This document shows positions 46,139 through 55,391 of a stretch of DNA of 64,000 nt, one piece after another. This DNA is from Frankiaceae bacterium (GTDB lineage Bacteria; Actinomycetota; Actinomycetes; BP-191), in assembly GCA_035940575.1 (NCBI GenBank), contig DASZER010000046.1:3439-67438 (forward strand). Direction: 5' to 3'. The notes under the pieces are model-generated. The model worked only from the letters and a program-made list of their open reading frames with translations, did not search any database and was not told the origin of the DNA. Position 1 is the stretch's first letter, and every line of letters begins with the position of its first letter. The translations under genes were made by a program, and so were the position numbers.

Positions 46139-46407
46139 GCGGGGCCCCACGGGATGATCGTCGGCGTGCAGGTGTGCCAGACGACGTAGCCCTCGGGCTT
46201 CACCCCGGCCCAGCCGTGCTCGCAGTACATCCCGTTGTCGTAGACGTTGACGGTGCAGAACGTCCCGGTCGTCACGTGCGGCAGGACGTCGCCCTGCGTC
46301 TCGTAGTTGAAGCAGATGTCCTCGGCGGCCGAGGCGGGAGCCGCGCCCGGGACACCGAGGGCGGTGGCGAGGGCGAGCAGGAGCAACGGACGGCGCATGG
46401 TGCGCAC
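46135..46407 (-). CDS. small secreted Cys-rich protein
   Basis: 90 aa with signal peptide MRTMRRPLLLLALATALGVPGAAPASA. The mature part has 4 Cys (EDICFNYETQ...FCTVNVYDNGMYCEHGW...HTCTP). Confidence 0.6.
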   Translation of the reverse strand: MRTMRRPLLLLALATALGVPGAAPASAAEDICFNYETQGDVLPHVTTGTFCTVNVYDNGMYCEHGWAGVKPEGYVVWHTCTPTIIPWGPA

Positions 46408-46465
46408 CCCTTTCGTCGGAGGTCCGCAAGACCTCCGGGGTGCCGTGCCGTGACGTCGGTTGGCG

Positions 46466-47151
46466 CTACGACGCCGTACGCGGCGGCCGTGACGCGAGCA
46501 CGAAGCCCGCGTACATCACGGCGACGCCGACCGTGAGGGTGGTCGCCTGGCTCGCGACCTCGGAGAGGAACGCGAGCGCGCCGCCCAGCGCGGCGATCGC
46601 GACGCCGAGCGCGATGACGAGCGTGCCGCGGAAGCGGGCGCGCGCGGCCGCCCCACTCCTGCGGGCGCGCAGCCCCGACCAGACGGTGCCGCCGAGGACG
46701 ACGAACGTCCCCACGACGTTGGACACGACGACGAGCACGCGGGGCAGCACGGCGAAGAAGTCCTTGCCGTGCGGCACGGCGTAGCCCGCCACGGGGACCG
46801 CCGTCACGAAGTCCGACGCCGCCAGCACGAGCGCCGCGTCGACGGACAGGATCGCGAGGAACACCGCGAGCACCCGCGTCGCCCGCCCGGGCCAGAGCAG
46901 CTCGACCTCGCCCATCGCGAGCCACGGCACGGACAGCAGCGCGCCGAAGACGTAGTAGCCGCGCAGGCTCGCCCCCGACCAGCCGAACGCCGTGCCGTAG
47001 GTGAGGAACGCCGCGCCCGTCGCGAAGAACAGCAGCGACAGCGCCCAGGACCGCAGGTACGGCCGCCGCGAGCGCCACCACCGCCGCAGCAGCGCCAGCG
47101 AGAACTCCCAGGCGATGACCGTGGCGACGAACGGCAGGACAGCCTCTGGCC

Positions 47152-47155
<4 letters not shown>
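46466..47155 (-). CDS. polytopic membrane protein, unknown function
   Basis: 229 aa starting at GTG 47155 (GTGA overlap with the acyl-CoA synthetase stop). About 6 hydrophobic segments. Confidence 0.6.
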
Positions 47156-48675
<1,520 letters not shown>

Positions 48676-48761
48676 GAGCCCGCCCTTCGGTTCCGCCTCA
48701 CCCGGGCGAAGTGTGCCATGTGGCGGTCAAGATCCGCGCCGCCACCGCCGATGGGCTCACC

Positions 48762-49040
48762 ATGGCGCACGGCGCGAAGGGGATCCCTCCGATACCGCCC
48801 GGCTTCGTCGTCGGCGCGAAGGCCGTGCTGCGGGCCGTGTCGTCGGCCCGCGGGGACGTCGCGCGGGTCATCGTGGCGAAGGACGCGCCGAGCGAGACCG
48901 TCGAGCCGGTACGCCGCAGCGCGCGCGAGTCGTCGTTGACGCTGGTCGAGGTCTCCTCCTCGGAGGAGCTCGGGCGCCACTGCGGGCTCCCGAGACCCGT
49001 CGCCGCGGCGGCGCAGCTCCGCGGAGCGTCGGGACTTTAG
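48762..49040 (+). CDS. L7Ae/L30e/YlxQ-family RNA-binding protein
   Basis: 92 aa: VVGAKAVLRAVSSARGDVARVIVAKDAPSETVEPVRRSARESSLTLVEVSSSEELGRHCGLPRPVAAAAQL matches the YlxQ pattern G.xAVxxAIxxGxxxLVxxAxDA...ELGxxxG... Confidence 0.65.
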   Translation: MAHGAKGIPPIPPGFVVGAKAVLRAVSSARGDVARVIVAKDAPSETVEPVRRSARESSLTLVEVSSSEELGRHCGLPRPVAAAAQLRGASGL

Positions 49041-49283
49041 TCCCTGCGGGGTGGCAAGAAAGGCTCAAGTTCCTGCCGGACCCGCCGATACATCTGCTGT
49101 CAGCAACCGTTCCGAGACGGCCGCCGACCTCGACAAAGGCACACCGCGCGCGAGCGCGGGCCGCAAAGGCATGGGACTGCCCCGGCAGTCAGCCAGCCCG
49201 CCGAAGGGTCAACGGCCAAGAGCGTTGGACCGCCGACTTCAAGCACGTGGAGACGGCAGCCGCCTCGGGGTTCGCACCCGGAG

Positions 49284-50006
49284 GTGCTGTCCGTGCTTCG
49301 CCGATTCGCCTCGGTCCTCGTGGCCTCGACCATCGCCCTCACCGGGCTGGCCGCCGCCGCGCCCAGCGCGTCCGCCTCGACGCAGGAGTCGCAGTTCGTC
49401 TCGCTGACGAACGGCGCCCGCTCCAACAAGGGCCTCCGCACCTACGGCGTCGCCTCCGACCTCGTCTCCGTCGCCCGCCGCCACGCGCAGCGCATGGCGT
49501 CGCAGAAGTCGCTGTACCACAACCCGAACCTCGGCTCCGAGGTCTCCGGCTGGCAGGCCGTCGGCGAGAACGTCGGCATGGGCGGCTCGGTGTCGTCCAT
49601 CCACAACGCGTTCATGAACAGCACCGCGCACCGCGCGAACATCCTCGACACGGACTTCACGCAGGTCGGCATCGGCGTCGCGTTCGACTCCGACGGCGTC
49701 ATGTACGTCACCGAGGTCTTCCGCAAGCCGAGCGGCTCGACGTCCGTCACCCCGGCCCCGCGGCCCCGCCCGGTCGCCACGGCCCGCCCGCGCACGACGT
49801 ACAAGCCGGCCGTCGCGCCGAAGCCTGTCGCCAAGCCCGTCGCCCGCAAGCCCGTCGCCCGCAAGCCCGTCGTGAAGCGCCCCGACCCCCGCGCGCAGCT
49901 CGCCGCCCGCCTCGCCCACGCCCGCCAGGTCGCGTCCGCCCGTGCCGCGGAGAGCGCCCTCGAGCACGCCGTCGTGTACGTCGACGTGATGGGCTCGCTC
50001 GCGTAG
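49284..50006 (+). CDS. secreted CAP/SCP (PR-1-like, YkwD-type) domain protein, paralogue 1
   Basis: 240 aa with a signal peptide. CAP core is SQFVSLTNGARSNKGLRTY...ARRHAQRMASQKSLYHNPNLGSEVSGW...GENVGMG...HNAFMNSTAHRANIL...FTQVGIG. A Pro/Lys/Ala linker contains a 15-bp tandem repeat (KPVAR). Confidence 0.8.
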   Translation: MLSVLRRFASVLVASTIALTGLAAAAPSASASTQESQFVSLTNGARSNKGLRTYGVASDLVSVARRHAQRMASQKSLYHNPNLGSEVSGWQAVGENVGMGGSVSSIHNAFMNSTAHRANILDTDFTQVGIGVAFDSDGVMYVTEVFRKPSGSTSVTPAPRPRPVATARPRTTYKPAVAPKPVAKPVARKPVARKPVVKRPDPRAQLAARLAHARQVASARAAESALEHAVVYVDVMGSLA

Positions 50007-50264
50007 CACCTCCCCGTCAGGCTCCCGCCCCGGTCCGTTCGTACGGACCGGGGCGGTGTCGTGTACGCCGAACGGAGTAGTGCCAGTCTGCTTACCGGCG
50101 GGTGGTTTTCGGCCCCGGTGCTGGCATTTGGGCTAATCCTCTGGCAGGGTCTTGCCCGCAGGGGTGGGACCGGGCGCGTCGTCTTCCCTGGACGCGGCCG
50201 TCACGTGTACGCCCGCCGGCTTCCGAGCTCGATCGGTCGGCCTGATCCCTCGAGGTACGTCTTC

Positions 50265-50978
50265 TTGCTGCGCCGCGTGCTCGTACTGCTCCTCCTCGTC
50301 CTGCCGCTGTCCGCCGTCTCCGCGACGCCGGCGTACGCGTCGGCGACGGAGTCGGAGTTCGTCTCCCGCACCAACTCCGCACGGACGTCGCGCGACCTGC
50401 GCGCGTACGTCGTGCGCAGCGACCTCGTCTCCGTCGCCCGCCGCCAGGCGGCGCGGATGGCGGCCGCGCGGCGGATCTCCCACAACCCGAACCTCACCTC
50501 CGAGGTCACGAGCTGGCGCAACGTCGGCGAGAACGTCGGCAGCGGCAGCACCGTGTCGCGCATCCACACGGCGTTCATGAACTCGTCGGGCCACCGCGCG
50601 AACATCCTCAGCGCGACGTTCACCGAGGTCGGCATCGGCACCGCGCGCGGCGGGGACGGGCTCATCTACGTCTCCGAGGTGTTCCGCCGCCCGACGTACG
50701 CCACGACGTACGCCCCCGCGCGCAGCACCACGACGACCAGGCGGCGTACGACGACCGCCCCCCGCACCAGGACGACCGTCCGCGCCTCGCGCTCGGCCGC
50801 CCGCCGGCCGCTGCCGCCGGCCCGCCCGGCGACCGTACGTCGCGTGACGGTCCGCGTCGTCGACCGTACGGCGGGGCGCCTGCGCTACGCGTACGGCATC
50901 TACCGCACGCCGCGGCCCGTCGGGTCGCTCGACCGCGCGGTGTCGTACGTGCGCGCGTCGCAGATCCTCGCGGGCTAG
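50265..50978 (+). CDS. secreted CAP/SCP domain protein, paralogue 2
   Basis: The TTG 50265 start is approximate. Signal peptide LLRRVLVLLLLVLPLSAVSATPAYA. Same CAP core (ARRQAARMAAARRISHNPNL...HTAFMNSSGHRANIL). Confidence 0.75.
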   Translation: MLRRVLVLLLLVLPLSAVSATPAYASATESEFVSRTNSARTSRDLRAYVVRSDLVSVARRQAARMAAARRISHNPNLTSEVTSWRNVGENVGSGSTVSRIHTAFMNSSGHRANILSATFTEVGIGTARGGDGLIYVSEVFRRPTYATTYAPARSTTTTRRRTTTAPRTRTTVRASRSAARRPLPPARPATVRRVTVRVVDRTAGRLRYAYGIYRTPRPVGSLDRAVSYVRASQILAG

Positions 50979-51181
50979 AGCCCTCCTACTAGTCCCTTCC
51001 GCTCTCTCCTCCCGGCAGGTGCCGGGCGTTCCGTGACGAAATGTCACGGTCCGCCCCGCCCCCTCGTGGTCGTCCGGCGTCACTTCGTCACTGACGGGGT
51101 AGGCGCGCGTTAGTGCGTTCGGACCAGCACGTCAGGGCCATAGGGCCCGAGGTCCGACGCACTAGCCGAGGGAGGGCCACC

Positions 51182-51874
51182 GTGCTCCGCAAGGTCGCCG
51201 CGCTGCTGCTGGCCCCGCTCGTCGTCGCGGGCGTCGCCTTCTGGGGCAGTGCCGCCTCGGCGGCCGACGCGCACGCGGGCTCGTTCGTCAGCAAGGCGAA
51301 CGCCGAGCGCACCTCGCGCGGGCTGCGCGCCTACACGGTCGCGTCCGACCTCTCCGTCGTCGCCCGCCGCCACGCGGAGCGGATGGCGGCCAAGCACTCG
51401 CTGTACCACAACCCCAACCTCGGCTCCGAGGTCTCCGGCTGGCAGGTCGTCGGCGAGAACGTCGGGATGGGCGGCGACGTCCAGTCGATCCACCAGGCGT
51501 TCATGGACAGCCCGGAGCACCGCGCGAACATCCTCGCCCGCGACTACACCGAGATCGGCGTCGGCACGGTCGTCGACGCCGACGGCGTGCTGTGGGTCAC
51601 CCAGGTCTTCCGGCTCCCGATGAAGGCCGTCGCGCCGGTCCCCGCCAAGCCGCGCGTCGTCGTGGCGTCGCGGTCGCGTACCGCGCCCGTCGTGCACCAC
51701 GCTGCGGTCCGCCCGGTCGCGAAGCCCGCGCCGGCCCGCAAGGTCGTCGCGGCCCCCGCGCCGGTCGCGGTCGACGCGAACGCGCTCGCCGGCGCCCTCG
51801 CCGACGCGACGGCGGTCGACCCGGTCGCGCAGGCGATGGCGTACGCCGACGCCATGGCGGCGATCGGCCGCTGA
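51182..51874 (+). CDS. secreted CAP/SCP domain protein, paralogue 3
   Basis: GTG 51182 is preceded by GAGGGAGGG. Signal peptide VLRKVAALLLAPLVVAGVAFWGSAASAADA. Same CAP core (ARRHAERMAAKHSLYHNPNL...HQAFMDSPEHRANIL). Confidence 0.8.
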   Translation: MLRKVAALLLAPLVVAGVAFWGSAASAADAHAGSFVSKANAERTSRGLRAYTVASDLSVVARRHAERMAAKHSLYHNPNLGSEVSGWQVVGENVGMGGDVQSIHQAFMDSPEHRANILARDYTEIGVGTVVDADGVLWVTQVFRLPMKAVAPVPAKPRVVVASRSRTAPVVHHAAVRPVAKPAPARKVVAAPAPVAVDANALAGALADATAVDPVAQAMAYADAMAAIGR

Positions 51875-51904
51875 CGCCGACCGCCGCCACAGGCGGCACG
51901 GTCC

Positions 51905-52114
51905 CTAGCAGGCGGCTCGGTGGAACGTCGGGATGCCCTGGCAGCACTCGGTCGGCGCGACGGCGCTGTACTCGACCATGACGTTGCAGTCGCAGTCGGT
52001 AAGCCCCGTGTAGCACGTGAGGTGCGTGCCCGGGCCGCCCGCGACGGTACGGAGCTCGTCGGGCGTGAGCGCCGCGAGCGTCTCCTTCGCGAGGGTGAGC
52101 CGGCGGGTCAGCAT
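51905..52114 (-). CDS. 69-aa Cys6 peptide with double-glycine-type leader (RiPP/bacteriocin-precursor-like), copy 2
   Basis: MLTRRLTLAKETLAALTPDELRTVAGG|PGTHLTCYTGLTDCDCNVMVEYSAVAPTECCQGIPTFHRAAC. The start overlaps the stop of copy 1 (ATGCTGA). G/C-rich third positions. Confidence 0.7.
   Translation of the reverse strand: MLTRRLTLAKETLAALTPDELRTVAGGPGTHLTCYTGLTDCDCNVMVEYSAVAPTECCQGIPTFHRAAC
51918..51957. repeat. 40-nt exact direct repeat, copy A (3' end of peptide gene 2)
   Basis: cggtggaacgtcgggatgccctggcagcactcggtcggcg is identical to 52127..52166. Confidence 0.9.
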
Positions 52115-52326
52115 GCGGCACCCGCCCGGTGGAACGTCGGGATGCCCTGGCAGCACTCGGTCGGCGAGAACACGCTCGGGTGGAACACCGGCGTGATCGC
52201 GCACTCGACGCACGTGTAGCACGTGCCGACCGACGCGTCGGCACCGGCGCCGACGGCGCCGAGGTCGTCCGACGTGAGCGCGGCGAGGGTCTCCTTGGCG
52301 AGGGTGAGCCGTACGGAACGCTTCAT
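52108..52326 (-). CDS. 72-aa Cys6 peptide with double-glycine-type leader, copy 1
   Basis: AGGAG lies 6 nt before ATG 52326. Product MKRSVRLTLAKETLAALTSDDLGAVGAG|ADASVGTCYTCVECAITPVFHPSVFSPTECCQGIPTFHRAGAAC. Confidence 0.7.
   Translation of the reverse strand: MKRSVRLTLAKETLAALTSDDLGAVGAGADASVGTCYTCVECAITPVFHPSVFSPTECCQGIPTFHRAGAAC
52127..52166. repeat. 40-nt exact direct repeat, copy B (3' end of peptide gene 1)
   Basis: Identical to 51918..51957. Encodes PTECCQGIPTFHR in both genes. Confidence 0.9.
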
Positions 52327-52441
52327 CTGGGCTCCTGGGGAACGAGGGGGACGAGCCGCGCTCTGGGCGCGCGACTCCGCGTCGCCACGTTCCCCGCGGC
52401 GGCTCCCCCACACCCGCGACCTCACCCCCCACGCGCCGACG

Positions 52442-52465
52442 GCCGCAGGACGCTCCGCCTGCGGC
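52442..52465 (-). terminator. stem-loop downstream of the PBP gene
   Basis: gccgcagg acgctccg cctgcggc, an 8-bp stem, 57 nt past the stop at 52522. No U-tract. Confidence 0.35.
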
Positions 52466-52521
52466 ACGGGCGTCCGACGGCGGCGCGCCGCCGGCGGCGG
52501 GCGCGAACCGCGCAACGCGCG

Positions 52522-54750
52522 CTACGGCGGCGCGGGGCCGCCGGTGCCGCCGCCGGGGGGCGGGTTCGAGGTGGGGGGCGGGTTCGACGTCGGAGGCGGC
52601 TCGGTGGTCGGCGGCGGCTCGGGCGTCGTAGTCGGCGTCGGCTCCGCGGTGGCCGTCGGGGACGGCGCCGCGGTCGTGGGCCGCACGGTCGACGTCGGCG
52701 GCGGCGCGGCGGGCGAGGGCGTGCGCGTACGCGGCCGCCGGCGCGTCGGCGACACGGACGGCGACGGCGAGGCGCCGATGCCCGCCTCCTTCGCCGCCTC
52801 GGCCTTCACGAGCTCGGCGTGGTGCTTCCAGAACCGGCTGAAGATCGTCGCCGGCAGCGTGCCGCCGTACACGGGACGTACGCCGTGCACGCGCCCGAGC
52901 GGCTTCACCGCGCCCTTGTGGCCCATCCACGTCACGACGCACAGCTCGGGCGCGCAGCCTGCGAACCACGCGTCGGTGTTGTTGTTGGTCGACCCGGTCT
53001 TGCCGAACACGCGCTTGCCCGGCACCCGCGCCGCCCGCGCGGTGCCCTTCTCGACCACGTCGTACATGGCCTCGACGACCTGGTCGGCGACGTTCTTCGG
53101 GATGACCTGCGTGCCCGCGGGCTCGGGCTCCGCGCGCATGACCTCGATGCCGCTGAACGTCCTCGCGGTGTCGGCGTTGCGACGCTCCTCGAGCACGAGC
53201 CGCATGTCGCGGCGCACGCCGCCGGCCGCGAGCGTCGCGAACGCCTGCGCGACCGACAGCGGCGAGACGTTGATCGCGCCGAGCGACATGGCGGGGTTGG
53301 TCCCGATGCCGGACGCCGGGCCCATGCCCGCGGCGACGGCGACGTCCTTGACCTTCTGGGTGCCGACGTCGACGGCGAGCTTGGCGTAGACGGTGTTGAC
53401 GGAGCTCGCGAGGCCGCGGCGCAGCGTGTACGACCGCCCGCCGCCGCCCTCGGCGTTGCACGGCCGGTAGTACGGCTTGCGCGACACGACGAGGCACGAG
53501 GGGCCCGGGTAGACCGTGTCGAGCGTCTTGCCGTTCTGCAGCGCGGCGGCGAGCGTGAACGGCTTGATCGCCGAGCCGGTCTGCACGCGCGCGTCCTCGG
53601 CGAGGTTGAAGCCGTTGCGGACGTAGCGCGACGAGTAGATCGCCTTGAGGTCGCCGGTGCGCGGGTCGATCGCGACGACGGCCGCGTCCGGCTCGTCGGC
53701 GTCCGGCGTGGCCGGGTTGAGGCCGGGCAGCGTCTGGAACACCGCCCGCTCGATGGCGCGCTGCACGATCAGGTCGAGCGTCGTGCGGACGCGCAGGCCG
53801 CCGCCGTAGAGCTCGTCGTCGGTGAGCGTCTGCTTCAGCTCCGCGGTCACCATGTCGGTGAAGATCGGCGCCTCGGTCGCCTCGGCGGCCGGCTTCTCCT
53901 TCGCGAGGGCCAACGGCTGCCGGTACGCCCGCGACGCGTCGATCGGCGAGATGTAGCGGTTGGCGCTCAGCCGGTCGAGCGCGTAGAGCTGGCGGGCCTT
54001 GGCGTTGTCCATCGACTTCACGGGGTTGTTCGCCGACGGTGCGTTGATCATCCCGGCGATCATCGCGGCCCGCGCGAGCTCCAGCACCGGCGAACGCCGC
54101 CCCGACGCCTTGTCGAGCGCGAGGTCCTTCACGGGCACGCCGAAGTAGTACTTGGCCGCGGCCTGCACGCCGTACGTGCCGTTGCCGAGGTACACGCTGT
54201 TCAGGTAGCGGTGCAGGATCTCGGCCTTGCCGAACTTCCGCTCCGCGCGGTACGCCACCACGGCCTCGCGCATCTTGCGCAGCGCGGTCTTCTCGCGGCC
54301 GACGTAGATGTTCTTGACCCACTGCTGCGTGATCGTCGAGCCGCCCTGGGTGCGCCCCCCGCCGAACACGTCGCGGTACGCCGCGCGCCCGATCGCCATC
54401 GGGTCGACGCCCTTGTGCCGGAAGAAGCGCTCGTCCTCGGCCGCGATCACGGCGTCCTTGAGGACCTTGGGGATCTCCGACTCCGCGACGTCCTCGCGGA
54501 TCTCGGGGGCCCTGATGGAGGCGTAGAACCGCTCGGAGGAGTCCAGCAGCAGCGCCGTCGGCAGCCGCGCGGGCACCGTCAGGTCGATCGGCGCGACGAG
54601 CAGCCCGGCGACGAACGACACCAGCCCGACGAGCGCCGCGAACAGCGTCCAGCGGACGAACGGGAACCGCCTGCGCCGCCGCACGCGCACGCTCGGCGCG
54701 GCGGCGGGGTTGCCTCCGCCGCCGCGACCCGGGAGAGTCGTCGCCGTCAT
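52522..54750 (-). CDS. class A penicillin-binding protein (GT51 transglycosylase + transpeptidase) with Pro/Thr-rich C-terminal tail
   Basis: About 742 aa starting at ATG 54750. GT51 motifs are AAEDERFFRHKGVD and GGSTITQQWVKN. The transpeptidase region has TGSAIKPF and KTGSTN. The tail is PTTTPEPPPTTEPPPTSNPPPTSNPPP. Confidence 0.85.
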   Translation of the reverse strand: MTATTLPGRGGGGNPAAAPSVRVRRRRRFPFVRWTLFAALVGLVSFVAGLLVAPIDLTVPARLPTALLLDSSERFYASIRAPEIREDVAESEIPKVLKDAVIAAEDERFFRHKGVDPMAIGRAAYRDVFGGGRTQGGSTITQQWVKNIYVGREKTALRKMREAVVAYRAERKFGKAEILHRYLNSVYLGNGTYGVQAAAKYYFGVPVKDLALDKASGRRSPVLELARAAMIAGMINAPSANNPVKSMDNAKARQLYALDRLSANRYISPIDASRAYRQPLALAKEKPAAEATEAPIFTDMVTAELKQTLTDDELYGGGLRVRTTLDLIVQRAIERAVFQTLPGLNPATPDADEPDAAVVAIDPRTGDLKAIYSSRYVRNGFNLAEDARVQTGSAIKPFTLAAALQNGKTLDTVYPGPSCLVVSRKPYYRPCNAEGGGGRSYTLRRGLASSVNTVYAKLAVDVGTQKVKDVAVAAGMGPASGIGTNPAMSLGAINVSPLSVAQAFATLAAGGVRRDMRLVLEERRNADTARTFSGIEVMRAEPEPAGTQVIPKNVADQVVEAMYDVVEKGTARAARVPGKRVFGKTGSTNNNTDAWFAGCAPELCVVTWMGHKGAVKPLGRVHGVRPVYGGTLPATIFSRFWKHHAELVKAEAAKEAGIGASPSPSVSPTRRRPRTRTPSPAAPPPTSTVRPTTAAPSPTATAEPTPTTTPEPPPTTEPPPTSNPPPTSNPPPGGGTGGPAPP

Positions 54751-54783
54751 CGCCGAGCAGCGTACGACGGAGGTGTGACAGGA

Positions 54784-55164
54784 ATGGCCGTCAGGGTCAT
54801 GGTCGTCGACGACACCGACCACGTGCGCACGATGCTGGCCGAGATGCTGGAGCTCGACGGGTTCGAGGTCGTGGCCAGGGCGGCGAGCGGCGAGGACGCC
54901 GTACGCGCCGTCGCCGCGAGCGACCCGGACGTCGTCGTGATGGACCTCAAGATGCCGGGCATCGACGGCCTCGAGACGACGCGGCGGATCAAGGAGGCAC
55001 GGCCCGACCAGCCGGTCATCCTCTACACCGCCTACCTCGACCCGACCATCGAGGCGGCCGCCCGCGAGGTGGGCGTCACGCTGTGCCTCGGGAAGATCGA
55101 CGGCCTGCCCGAGCTCGAACGGCAGATCTCGCGGCTGACCCTGGAGCTCGCCGGAGACTCTTAG
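54784..55164 (+). CDS. stand-alone CheY-like receiver-domain response regulator
   Basis: 126 aa MAVRVMVVDDTDHVRTMLAEML...DVVVMDLKMPGIDGLETTRRIK...ILYTA. No output domain. Only the last part of track ORF 52129..55164 is credible. Confidence 0.8.
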   Translation: MAVRVMVVDDTDHVRTMLAEMLELDGFEVVARAASGEDAVRAVAASDPDVVVMDLKMPGIDGLETTRRIKEARPDQPVILYTAYLDPTIEAAAREVGVTLCLGKIDGLPELERQISRLTLELAGDS

Positions 55165-55242
55165 GCACCGTCACCGTCTCCGGCGTGGCGCGTTCAAGAG
55201 TGAGAGCCGGACACCCGACACTCTGAGTTGTCCGATTCTGGA

Positions 55243-55269
55243 CGGAACGTGACAAGTGGCCCCACGATG
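55243..55269 (+). promoter_or_regulatory. candidate ECF-type promoter (CGGAAC-N16-CGATG)
   Basis: An AAC-containing -35 and a CG(A/T)T -10 at ECF-like spacing, about 35 nt upstream of the uORF ATG. A related motif sits at 57637..57664. Confidence 0.35.
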
Positions 55270-55301
55270 GGCTGCTCGCACCCCACCCCCGGAGCCGCCG
55301 C

Positions 55302-55391
55302 ATGCGTACGCAGACCGCCGTCGGCGTGCTGCTGCTGCTGCTCGCCATCGTGGTCTCGGCCGGGGTCACGGTCGCGCAGGTGATGCGGTGA
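55302..55391 (+). CDS. 29-aa hydrophobic upstream ORF coupled to the sigma-factor gene
   Basis: GGAG lies 7 nt before the ATG. Product MRTQTAVGVLLLLLAIVVSAGVTVAQVMR. 27 of 28 codons end in G/C. Its TGA overlaps the sigma GTG (GTGA). Confidence 0.5.
   Translation: MRTQTAVGVLLLLLAIVVSAGVTVAQVMR

Noticed and set aside
50100-50264. Possible ydaO-type (c-di-AMP) riboswitch upstream of CAP paralogue 2, with weaker hints upstream of paralogues 1 and 3
   Set aside because: Only fragments resemble the remembered consensus: GCUAAUCC, GGGGUGGGACC and a loose match to CCGACAGCUAACCUCGUAAGCG. The second GGGGUGAAUC box and the pseudo-symmetric helices are not evident. An Infernal scan is needed. It is kept only as a hypothesis inside the CAP finding.
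52108-52326. Labionin/class III lanthipeptide motif SxxSxxxC (SVFSPTEC) in peptide copy 1
   Set aside because: The second Ser is Ala in copy 2 (SAVAPTEC). The leader lacks the class III/IV-type motif, and no lanthipeptide synthetase is nearby. This is probably coincidental.
52129-54783. N-terminal 885 aa of plus-strand ORF 52129..55164
   Set aside because: It is antisense to the class A PBP and compositionally junk. Only the last 126 aa, the CheY-like receiver starting at ATG 54784, are credible.
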